A stretch of DNA of 64,000 bases from Lama guanicoe (lineage: Eukaryota), in contig MU053594.1 of NCBI GenBank assembly GCA_013239625.1, positions 1,740,127-1,804,126 on the forward strand. The letters run 5' to 3'. Positions 37,215 to 47,986 of the stretch are shown here, one piece after another (position 1 is the stretch's first letter; the number at the start of each line of letters is the position of its first letter). The translations under genes were made by a program, and so were the position numbers. The notes below the pieces were generated by a model. That model was given only the letters and a program-made list of their open reading frames with translations. It was not told the origin of the DNA and did not search any database.

Positions 37215-40200
37215 TTAGCACTGATGAAATACAGATACAATTTAAAACTATTTACATCACTTCTTATTTGACAATGCTTACCATGTAATTTAACATAGCA
37301 AATAAGCCTAATTATTTTAACATCTTCCTTTATATAAGGAGATAGAATGAATCTTTTGAAATATTCCAGGAACATACTGGAAAATTTCAGTTAGTTTGAA
37401 GTAAAAAAAAAAAGACTTCATATAGAATTTGATTTGGGGAAATTTGTCAAGAGTATCAGAAAAGGTTTTAAATCACTTGGTCAAATAGAATCATAGGTCA
37501 CTGTAAAACAATGCTTAGTTATTCATTTAACTAGAGTGACAATAGAAGATGTTAAAGGCAAATACAGAGAGTTATCTATTGTTTAAAAAAAACTTTAGTT
37601 CTTTTAATAGAGAGGATTCAGATTTCTGAACACAGAAAATTATTTTGACAAAGCACAGAATCCTTCTGTTAAAGTAGATTATTTTTAAAAGGTAAAAAGA
37701 AAAGAGTTTTACAATCATTTATCAAGACCAGACTAATAGTTCAATAAAAATTCATCCTTTCAACAGAGAGAAAACTAAATTCTAATTTTGCAAAGGCTTA
37801 CTTTTGATGCTAAAACTCATTTACTTAACTGAATTTATACCAATCATAGCTTGTCCTGACCACATATAAAATTCCTTTCCAAGATTCCTTCTTCATAAAT
37901 CTTTTTTTACCAAAAATCTACATCCTACTTTGCTTGCATACAGAGATATTTCTCTTACTATTTCTAGTAGGCTTAATCACATATATCAGAATTCTTTTAA
38001 TTCTTAGAAATTTTTAATTTCTAGTGAAAACTGACAAGTCTTTCACATTATCATTTTGTAGACTGGCCTTCTAGAAACATGTGCTTTCTCATAGAACTTT
38101 CTCTGCATAGCACCCATATGTTTATTAATGAATCCAAATAGCTTTAGTTTCTCTCTAAAAAGAAGCCAAAAGTGGACAAGCCTATGTTCAGTAATTAATG
38201 TTTTAGTATTTTACCTTATTTAGAAATGATCTAGGCATTCAACAAATTCCCATCATTTAACTTAGAAAATTTTAAGGATATAAGTTATCACAGAGATTTG
38301 AGAAACTATTTAAGTAGAAATATTATAAAACAATCATTGCTAAAAAGTTCATGGAAAAACTCTTATCTTATGTCTATTTAAGTTATGTGTTCTTAACAGT
38401 TATATTTAAATTACCCCCAAAAACTTCATGAAACGTTAGGTAAAGTCATCCATCATCCCAAGTTAATTTTTTTTTGCTGACAAATTTTGTAAGAGATAAC
38501 AGGAACTCTCATGACTAATAAATTCAAATAGAATAAAAGCTGTTTATCTTTATTATACTTAATGTTAATAATTCTGAAGACACATTTATTTTACTTAAAC
38601 CAACAAAATAAACGAGCTTTAATACCAAATATTTTTCTGATCACTTGAACCTGGAAAGCACTTGGGTTAGTTTTCACTGTATTTCTGTGGGTTTTTATGA
38701 ATACTAAATTTATATAAGTGCTTGTTTGTTTAAGCCGATTAAATAGAGATCTTTTACAGATTATACAGACAGGCACAAACTGACAATTTGGTTTTAAATT
38801 TTTAGCCGTAAGACAGGCATGATAATATAAAATTTACTAGTTATGAAAGATCATTTGGATTAAATTTGTATGTTCAGATGGCTAAAATGTTTTCTACTAG
38901 TATTTGTGGAGAAGACATATGATTTTTCATTTGCCTAAATTTCAAATGAACTTTGCCTCTTCTCTTCTGGTAAGAATTACCTCCCTGAAATTTGTAGAAT
39001 ATTTAAACCTCAAAGGCATAGATATTTATCCTAGAAGAGGAGCCCTTAAAAAGAAAAATATCTTTTCAGGCTGCAATATCAGCTTTCAATATCTTGTCAG
39101 GCTTCAGCCAGGACAAAGAGTAAATATTTCTGGCAGTATTAAATAACTCCATGGACCCAAAATGTGTCCTCAAAGAAGGTGCAAATGTTCGTACCTTCCC
39201 AAGAACCAGAGTCACCCCCAAAGAGAGCCCAAAGAAAGAACAAGTAGCCTGCATGGCCCAGGCAGGCAGAAAGCCAAGTCAAGATTTTATTTTTAAAAAC
39301 ATGACTAATAGTCTCTTCCGAGTGGAAAGGCAATTTACACAGAGGATTACTAGAACGAATACTCAAAGGAGACTCGAGGAGTGCAGTAGGAATGACACCA
39401 GTCCTATAGTCTTTTCGGGGGATACCTTTTATATCTATAATTTTTCATCAGCCTTTTGCAGGAAATGTTTCAATGAAACTATTTTGGAATTTTGAAGCCT
39501 TGCGGAGGCATCTACATGCCAATTAAAATTGATATTTATTGCTTCTAAGTGCACTTCTTGATTGATGTTATCTAATTGGAATGTTCCTCATAATAGCCAT
39601 TGTAATCCTGGGTTGTGATTTCCAAGAGCGGGCAGCAGTTTGGTAGGACCCGAGCTGCAAATGGAGTTTAATCCACATTTATTACCAGCCATATCTACCC
39701 CCAAATGGGGTATAACCAACATTTCTGTCTGGCTATATTTTGGGGTCTACAACCTGAAGGTTACCAAACCAAGCTCTCAGGACACAAAACAAATTTAGTT
39801 AAGATTTTCATCACTTTTGTAGGTATTCATAGCTTCCAGGACCACAGTTCTTAGACATAAAATAAGCAGTGTGCTGGAACATGGCACACTTAACTCGGGA
39901 TTTTAAGAATCCCATTTTTTTTTTTACTTAAAACAAAATTTTATTCACCCAATACCTCGCACTGGACCCAGTCCGGCTGAAATCAAGCCCAGTCCAATCC
40001 TGGACCCCGTTTGGCTTTTAAGTTGGATCCAGCCCAACTCTGGTTGGTAACCGCCAATAATTCCCATGGAACTCTGGATTGAAGGAAAGGACTGGACCAG
40101 CAGACCTCAACAAATGAGGACTGCACACTGGGGCTCCACATGGATGGAAACTGCACACAGCCACTAGCGACTCCCGTGTGGTTCTTTAGGCAAAATTAAG

Positions 40201-40497
40201 GGCTGGGAATTGCAATCTAAAAGGGTAGGGGCTGGACTGTTCGCAGAACTGTCTACCAGCTCAGTGGGGTGCCAGGCAGAATTATCTGCCAGCTGAAGCT
40301 GACCTGCCCTGTAAATAAATGCCAATTAGATCAGAAGCTCAATACAAAGAAAGCAGAGCTCAGAACTGAGAGGGTCTTCCCCATGGCCCTCAAAAATGGC
40401 AAGGACAATGAACTCAAAGCATTCATGGAGTACCAGGCCTGTCTTTCTCGTCCCCAAATGCCACCAAGTTTCACTTCCAATCCCATCGCTGCCACCA
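37215..40497 (-). mobile_element. degenerate ERV internal region (ERV1/MER4-group-like) with tRNA-Leu primer-binding site
   Basis: PBS TGGTGGCAGCGATGGGATT (40497-40479) lies 4 nt after the LTR terminal CA. gag-MA-like relic GLQWLL*GTFQLDN at 39608-39567. AT-rich non-coding interior. Confidence 0.75.
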
Positions 40498-40501
40498 ACT
40501 C

Positions 40502-40904
40502 TGCTAAATAAAAATTCAACAGAGTAAATCTGAAGATCTAATTGGATTTATTAAATTATGCCTGAATCAGGCAGCACCCCACCTAGCAAACAGAAAAGAC
40601 CTCCATCAAACTGCAGAGAAAGAAAGGGTTCAAAGGCAGAGCAGAAACAGGAAAGAAAAAAAAAAAGGAAAGTATTATAAAAGAATGCATTGTTTTAGGC
40701 AAGGTCACCCTCCCAAACGGAACAGAGGGGCCAGTTGGATGGATGATCTCCTTAGCGCTGACCGGGTGATTCCGTGTTGACTGTTTAAAGGTTACTTTCC
40801 TGGGAAAGGTTATAACTGCAACTTGGTTACGTATTAAGTTTGTTTTGCTGACATAGGGCCTTAGCAGAGTGACTCTATTTGGGGCCTGTTGTTTCTTTCT
40901 AATA
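40502..40904 (-). mobile_element. ERV 5' LTR, copy 1
   Basis: Ends ...TTTAGCA immediately before the PBS; about 400 bp; outer end abuts an antisense L1 tail. Confidence 0.75.
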
Positions 40905-41064
40905 AGGTGTATAACATAATGATTTGATATTTGTATATATTGAAAATGGCCCTCAAAAATGGCAAGGACAATGAACTCAAAGCATTCATGGAGTACCAGG
41001 CCTGTCTTTCTCGTCCCCAAATGCCACCAAGTTTCACTTCCAATCCCATCGCTGCCACCAACTC

Positions 41065-41467
41065 TGCTAAATAAAAATTCAACAGAGTAAATCTGAAGAT
41101 CTAATTGGATTTATTAAATTATGCCTGAATCAGGCAGCACCCCACCTAGCAAACAGAAAAGACCTCCATCAAACTGCAGAGAAAGAAAGGGTTCAAAGGC
41201 AGAGCAGAAACAGGAAAGAAAAAAAAAAAGGAAAGTATTATAAAAGAATGCATTGTTTTAGGCAAGGTCACCCTCCCAAACGGAACAGAGGGGCCAGTTG
41301 GATGGATGATCTCCTTAGCGCTGACCGGGTGATTCCGTGTTGACTGTTTAAAGGTTACTTTCCTGGGAAAGGTTATAACTGCAACTTGGTTACGTATTAA
41401 GTTTGTTTTGCTGACACAGGGCCTTAGCAGAGTGACTCTATTTGGGGCCTGTTGTTCCTTTCTAATA
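41065..41467 (-). mobile_element. ERV 5' LTR, copy 2 (second PBS at 41042-41060)
   Basis: Duplicate of copy 1 at +563. Confidence 0.75.
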
Positions 41468-41694
41468 AGGTGTATAACATAATGATTTGATATTTGTATA
41501 TATTGAAAAATGATCACCACAATAAGTCTAATTCAGATCTATCACCACACATAGTGACAATTTTCTTTTCTTGTGATGTTAATCTTTAAGATCTAGTCTC
41601 TTAGCAACTCTCAAATATGCCCTTTAGTTTTCTAAACTCCTTTGGTCTTGCTTCCTTATATCTGACTCCTAAAAATATAATGTGGATGTTTAAA

Positions 41695-41945
41695 GAGGCA
41701 GCATGAAGTGATGAAATGAGGAGAATGGGTTTTGGAGATACGCAGCTTTGTTTTGAATCTTGTCCCCTAATTGAAGTGCACAAGAGATGTGTGCTTTGGA
41801 CGTATCTCTCCGAGGCTCAGTTTACTCACATATGAAAGGGGTATGAAAAGAAACACCTACTTCATAGGGTACTTTACAGATTAAATGAGACAGTATAAAG
41901 CTCCTAGCAGTATCTGACACTGGAACATAATAGCTAATACATTTT
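41695..41945 (+). mobile_element. MIR SINE
   Basis: 'ctctccgaggctcagtttactcacatatgaaagggg...acctacttcataggg...attaaatgaga'. Confidence 0.7.
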
Positions 41946-41997
41946 ATTTCCTTTATCACCCTTCTCCATGTACTCACTACCCATTTTCACCTGAGCT

Positions 41998-42066
41998 CAC
42001 ACACATGCACGCACACATACACATACACACACACACATATGCATACACACACACACACACACACAT
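41998..42066. repeat. (CA)n-rich microsatellite
   Basis: seen directly. Confidence 0.9.
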
Positions 42067-43149
42067 ATTACCTGTCAGAGAGAAACAGGGCCTTTCTTCC
42101 CTACAAGAAATAAATCCAACCTGCTTTAGGTCATTTCTTTTCCTACAGTATATAAACTCATTGCTCACTCTGAATAAATAAAAACATCACTGCTTTTCCT
42201 ACCAATCTTTCTAGTTCTTGGACATCTATTGCATTATTTCTATTTTCCTTCAACATGTGTACATTATAATTGAAAGAGAAAATGCCAGGTTGCTTGTTTG
42301 TTTTCCAAATTTTAAACTCTTGATTTTGTTGCACAAAAGAAATCCAGTTTAACCTAAACCACAGAAAACGGCAATTTACAGTTTGGAATTTTGCTATTTA
42401 CTTATGGTTGTCTCTGAACCCACAAAACCCATATAGCAGAACAAAATTTTGTATTCATATCTGAAAGCATGCTCAAAATTTGGCCTTCTATTTTTCCTAA
42501 AATGGTAATGGGTTTACTCATGAATGGCCCCTGCCCCCAATGAGTGGTTCATATTTTCTGTCTAGGACCTAAATTAATGATATCTCACAGAGCTCAGTTC
42601 AGGAAACTAGAACGTAATCGTCAAAGGGATAGGCATTGGAAATCATAAAATTTGGGGCAAGATGCCAGGAAACTCCACTTGCCCCAAAAGAGCTCCTCAA
42701 ATGAACTGCAAAGAAAGTGCTTTCTCTTTCTAGCTCTTAGGCTGCAAGATGGCCTACGTTTTTAGAATCATTAACTCACCTTTTTTGCTGCCATTTGACA
42801 AAAACAAAAACAACAGGTGGAGACATTTCCAGAAAGCTCTCAAATACCATATTCTGAACCCAATGCATTTGGAGACCAGAGGCACCCATCGGGCAGAGCC
42901 TTGGGCCCCCCATAGATGCCCTGCAACCAGAGGCTAAGAACAAAGTGCAGAGGGAGAGGAGGGCTTCTGGCTGGCTGGGTGGGGAAGACCTCACAGAAAA
43001 GTTCTCATTTAAGCTGAGCCTTAAGGACAAGAAGAATCTCAACAGACAAATGTGAGGAAGGACTCTCTCATCCTAGCTTGTGAATCTGGATTTGTGAGAA
43101 GTTACCTCTGATGGTCAGAGTCCTAACTGATGTAGCAGGTATAAGTCTT

Positions 43150-43880
43150 ATGCTTTATCCAGCAAGGCTGTCATTCAGATATGCTGGAGAAATCAAAAGA
43201 TTCACTGATAAGCAAAAGATAAAAGATTTCAGCACCACCAAACCAGCTTTACAACAAATGTTAAAGGAAACTCTCTAGTCATCAAACCATGAGAAAAGAG
43301 AACAAAAAGAAGAAAAAGGTAATAATAATAAAAAAGAATCTATCTACAAAAGATTGCTTTGGCAGTTCAGGGTCTTTTATAGCTCCGTATAAATTTTGGA
43401 ATTGTTTGTTCTAGTTCTGTGAAGAATATTGTGAGTACTTTGACAGGGGTTGCATTGAATCTGTAGACTGCTTTGGGTAGTACAGCCATTTTGATAATGT
43501 TGATTCTTCCCATCCAAGAGCACGAGGTATCTTTCCATTTCTTTGTATCATCTTCAATTTCCTTCATCAATGTTTCATAGTTTTCAGAGTATACGTAACC
43601 TCCTTGGTTAAGTTTATTTCTAGGTATGTTGTTGTTTTTGATGCAATGGAAATGTTTATGCCAATTATAAAATTCTGATTTTTGAAGTGAAAAGGAAAAA
43701 AAAGCAAATGAAGGGCCACAAAATATTCTTCTTTGTTATGCATGAGCTGTATTCCATTACACATACATGCTGCATCTTCTTTATCCATCCATCTATTGAT
43801 GTGCACTTAGTATGCTTCCATATCTTGGCAATTATAAACAATGTTGCTGTTAATAGCAGGGTGTATGTATCTTTTTGAAT
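43150..43880. mobile_element. rearranged LINE-1 pieces: sense ORF1 end, antisense ORF2, antisense 3' region
   Basis: 43150-43278 encodes MLYPARLSFRYAGEIKRFTDKQKIKDFSTTKPALQQMLKETL* (ORF1 C-terminus); minus ORF 43367-43570 [38 protein letters not shown] (ORF2). Confidence 0.9.
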
Positions 43881-44099
43881 TAATTCTTATTTTGCAGTTG
43901 GCTTTATTCCTTTGATAACTATGCACAGTTTAAAAAGCTAAGTCTAAATGTTCTTAGAAACAATGAACAGTACATATATGTAATTTTTAAAATATGTGCA
44001 GTATATTGTGTATGTGTATTTGCATGCAATATATTGTATATGTGCAGTCAAACTGTAACAACTTTACCTAATAAAACTGAAAAATGAAAAAAATATGTA

Positions 44100-44850
44100 T
44101 TGAGAATCCAGTCATTTGTCAGCACCTCCACTGCTACTTCCATGATCAGAACCACATCTCTCACCCTGGATGCTACAACAGCCCTCCACCTGCTCTCTGG
44201 GCTCTGCCCTTGGCTCCCCTACTATCATTTCTCAATAGCAGCTGCAATGGTTCTTTCGAAAACATAAGCCAAATCATGAGATGTCTCTGCTCAAAATTCT
44301 GCACGGCTCCTCATTCCATCAGAGTGAGAACCAGAGTCCCTATGACTTACCAAGGCTGTACGCCATCTGGTCCCCTCTTACCTCTCGGCTTTGTCTGCTA
44401 CTTCTCTCCTCCTCATTCATTCTGCTCCAGCCACACTGGCATTCTGCTCCTCACACACACCAAGCACATGTCCACCACAGGGTCTACCTGTTTTCTCTGC
44501 CTGGAATTTTCTCCGTGTCCCCAGATGTCCATCACCTAATTCCCCACCTCTTTGAAAACTTGATGATATCTTTTTTTCAATGAGACTTTCTCTGACTATT
44601 TAATACTGTAACCTGCCTGAGCACCCACCCCCACACTGCATTACTTTTCATCCACAGGCCCATCAACTTCTAATATGCTCCATAATTAGCTTACACACCA
44701 TCGTATTGTTTCCTGCGAGATTCCCCAATAGAACGCTGGCTCCATGAGAGCAAGGGCTTCTGTCTGTTTTATTCACTGATGTGTCCTGAGTACTAGTGCA
44801 GAACCTGGAACATAGAAGGCACTCAGTAGGTGAATACAGATGAACGAATG
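44100..44850 (+). mobile_element. LINE-2 3' part
   Basis: Ends 'gctccatgagagcaagggcttctgtctgttttattcactg...cctggaacatagaaggcactcagtag...gaatg'. Confidence 0.8.
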
Positions 44851-46234
44851 AAAAGGGAAAATATAAATTCTGGGACTAAATTGTTTCTTACGAACAGAGC
44901 AAGTCAGTCAATCAAAAGCACAAACTTCCAAGCTCTCTTGAGTCTTGAGGACCCCAGTCAGTGGACCCCAGAGGACCCCAGCACTCAAAGCGCTGAGGAG
45001 CAGAGGGCGACAGCTGTGGCTTTTGATTTCGCCCATCACTCAGCAGTGCCTGGCAACCTCAGGATCTTGTGTGGTTAAATACTTACTGGAAAAGAAAGAG
45101 CACCAGCCCCTGCTGGACCCAGGGCCACGAAAGGGAGCTGTGCAGGTGGGGCACAAAATACAGAACTAACGCAGTGACCCTGGCTGCTCAGCACTTCTTT
45201 CCCACCTTCTTGACATCTCACACCCTCACCTTGCAGTATCCAGAAAGGCTCCACCTTCCCCTCCTGGCACCCTGAGAGAGGGATCGTTACACCCAGGCAA
45301 TGGAGCAATGAAATTCCCCCTTATTGAATGCCTATTACGAGCCAGACATTATTTCATTTGACTACACAGATATCCATGGGACAAATTTCTAATGCAGAGG
45401 CTCCAAAGGGTGGTAGAGTCTATGACAGATGCTCACAAATTGTTTAAAGAAGCAATAACAACCTGAAGAGTTGGGGGGTAGGACAGAGTCCCTCTGCTTC
45501 TCTGCGTCATAATTAAGCCTGAGCTGCCTGTCAAAGTCATGAGTTTCATCAGCTGGTGGTTTCATAAAGATGTGCGCCTGGTTTCCCGGTCCCTTCCCAT
45601 CTTCTGACTGTCAGTCTTTGATCTGCCACTTCATCTCCTCACCTCATTGCCTCCCAACCAGCTCATCAAGGTTGGAAACCATGTGTTGCCCAACGCTCAC
45701 ATGTAAGTTTCACCCACAGGTAGAGGAAGACAAACCAACTTAAAAAATTATTTGAGCGCCTTTCATGCATCTGACAAATATTTATTGAGCACCCAGTGTG
45801 ATCCAAGCTCTTTTATAGTCATTGATGATTCAGCAAATAGGAGACACAGATTCCTGTTCCCAAAGAGCTTACATTTTTAGTAGAGGGGAAATGAGACTAG
45901 ACAACTGTTTTTTTTAAAGATCAAAAATAGTAAAAAATATCATGTGCAGAATTAAGAACCTCTATGAAGAAGTGACAGTGAAACTAGGATCTGAAGGTCA
46001 AGACAGGAGTTCCCATGCCAAAATTATGAGGAAGTACATTCTAGGCAAAGAAAACAGCTAGTGCAAAAGTCCTGAGGGTGCAACAAGCTTGGACTGTGAG
46101 GCAGAGAAAGAGTCTACTATGGACGGAGGAGAGTTGGTTCAAGGGAGATTGGCCATGGGTGGGGTAAGAAGGTGGTTGGGGCTTGGTCAGAGGCTTTGCG
46201 GACTTGGGTAAGGAGCGTGGATTTTATCTAAGTA

Positions 46235-46630
46235 CAGATCCAGGACTTCCCAGCGACATACCCCTCCGACCAGACACAAACACCCATTGTGTCCCACCTC
46301 TTCTCTGTAGCAAAGCTTTAGCCTCCTAGGCCTTCCTGAGTTCCAGAGAGCAATTTTAGTCAGAGAAGTGAGAACATGCAGAAATAACGGAAAGCAGTCC
46401 AGCAAGATAAAACAATAGCTTAGCCATAAACCTTAAAATGTTAGCAATCTGATTCAACTTAAACTCATAGCAACTTGGTTAAACTTCTTTGTCGATTGCA
46501 TTGTAATCAGATCTTTAACCACACTTCATAGATGGTTATTGTTTCACTCTGATGATTTTGCAAAAATTCTTCATCTTCAAGAAGATTCATAGAAAGGGCT
46601 CTTTGACAAGCACAGGTTTCTGATAACTTT
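46235..46630 (-). mobile_element. LTR/ERV fragment nested in an antisense L2 (~45750-47060)
   Basis: 'aaagctttagcctcctaggccttcctgagttcca' is LTR-like and 'caggtttctgataacttt' is ERV-internal-like; L2 sequence on both sides. Confidence 0.5.
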
Positions 46631-47679
46631 CAGATCATACCACTGATCCTTTCATTGCTTCCGTAGAATTCAACATGCAGAATAGGTCTTGTTTATAATC
46701 ACAGTGACCCAGTTTTTTTTAAAAAAGATAGCACTCAAATTGTTAAAAACACTGGGAAGGAAAAGAGTAGAGTGAGAGACATGAGGGAACACTTAGCTGG
46801 CATAGTCAGATAAGCGGTGGCAGTTTAAGCCAAGGCCTGCAGGGCAGAGGGGAGCCGGGAGAGGAGGGGAAGATGGTCCAGCAGAAGGGGCAGCTTGTAG
46901 GAAGTCTGGGGCATAAATGCATTTGTGTGAGGTGGGATGCAGTGAGCACGACGATGAATGGCATGGGGCGAGGGTTCTTAAAGTGCAGAGGGAGGCGCTT
47001 GGAGTGTTTTGAGCGGAAAAATGGTATGTCCGAGGCAGAGCGAAGTTATCTCTGGCTGCTCCACAGAGTCACCGGAACAAGACCTGGTTCCCTCCTCTGG
47101 CTAATCTGAGAAGTAAATTTGTGATGCTCTCAAATCCGTCTCTGGATTTATGCAGGCATATAAATAAATGCCAAGTAAAGAGTCAAAAGAATAAAAATAA
47201 AAATAAAAAAAGACAGAAGCTGTTATCCCCATTGCACAGAAGAGTAAACCGAGGTGCAGATGAAATAATAAGACGGAAGCACAGGAAGTGAAATATTTTG
47301 CCCTGAGATCACATACTAGTTACCGGAAGTGCCATCCCTTCCAGCCCCTTGGTCAATGTGGTGCTCTTTCCATGATGCCTCCAGGTTTTCCCATAAACAA
47401 CTATGCTATTTATTGGACATCCCTGGGTCCCAAGGAGAGAAAAAAAGTGAAGTTCAAAATAGAGAGTCTAATTGAGATTAGCAGAGAAATGCAAGCCAAC
47501 ATCTACTGAGCATGTCAGAGAGGCAGAAGGCAAGATCCCTGCTCTCAAGAAATTTCATCAGAGTTAGTCATTTGGAAGATATCAGTAAGTGCCAACAGTG
47601 TGCCAGGCATTGTACTAGGTGCCTGGCATATAAAGATGAACCAGACACAAAACCTGCTTTCAAGAAACCTGTCTAGAAG

Positions 47680-47743
47680 ATATATATATATATATATATA
47701 TTTTATATATATATATATGATACATATATATATAATATATATA
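47680..47743. repeat. (TA)n microsatellite
   Basis: seen directly. Confidence 0.9.
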
Positions 47744-47851
47744 TGGAAAAAATGTTAAAAGCAAAGAAATAAAAAAATACACTCTAGACTAGATCTATAT
47801 AAACCAAAATCATTCATCAATTTAGTAAATTTAGCTTTTAAAACTGGTTTT

Positions 47852-47986
47852 GGAGAGGAGGGTAGAGTGCACACTTAGCATGCATGAGGTCCTGGATTCA
47901 ATCCCCAGTACCTCATCTAAAAATAAATAAATAAGTAGAACTAATTATCTCCCCCCAATAAAAAGCAAACACAAACAAAAAAAAAA
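47852..47986 (+). mobile_element. tRNA-derived SINE with A box deleted
   Basis: 'ggtagagtgcacacttagcatgcatgaggtcctggattcaatccccagtacctc' plus tail; ctggtttt flanking duplication. Confidence 0.85.

Larger units (their letters stand above)
40383..41508. repeat. 563-bp head-to-tail tandem duplication (40383-40945, 40946-41508)
   Basis: Copies match by eye except two substitutions (acatagg/acacagg; gtttcttt/gttccttt); mirrored by duplicated ORFs in the ORF track. Confidence 0.97.

Noticed and set aside
40502..41467. Two LTRs as the 5'/3' pair of a mini-provirus
   Set aside because: Both copies carry the same PBS and the same host L1 flank, which indicates tandem duplication; no polypurine tract precedes the second LTR
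40583..41520. Duplicated 145-aa and 124-aa minus-strand ORFs as a novel paralogous gene pair
   Set aside because: They lie in the duplicated LTR, run through a poly-T tract and show no recognisable domain or splice structure
44084..44583. 151-aa and 100-aa overlapping ORFs
   Set aside because: Inside an L2 element; chance open frames
44947..44982. Three short ggaccccag repeats
   Set aside because: Too short and irregular; not CRISPR-like or otherwise structured
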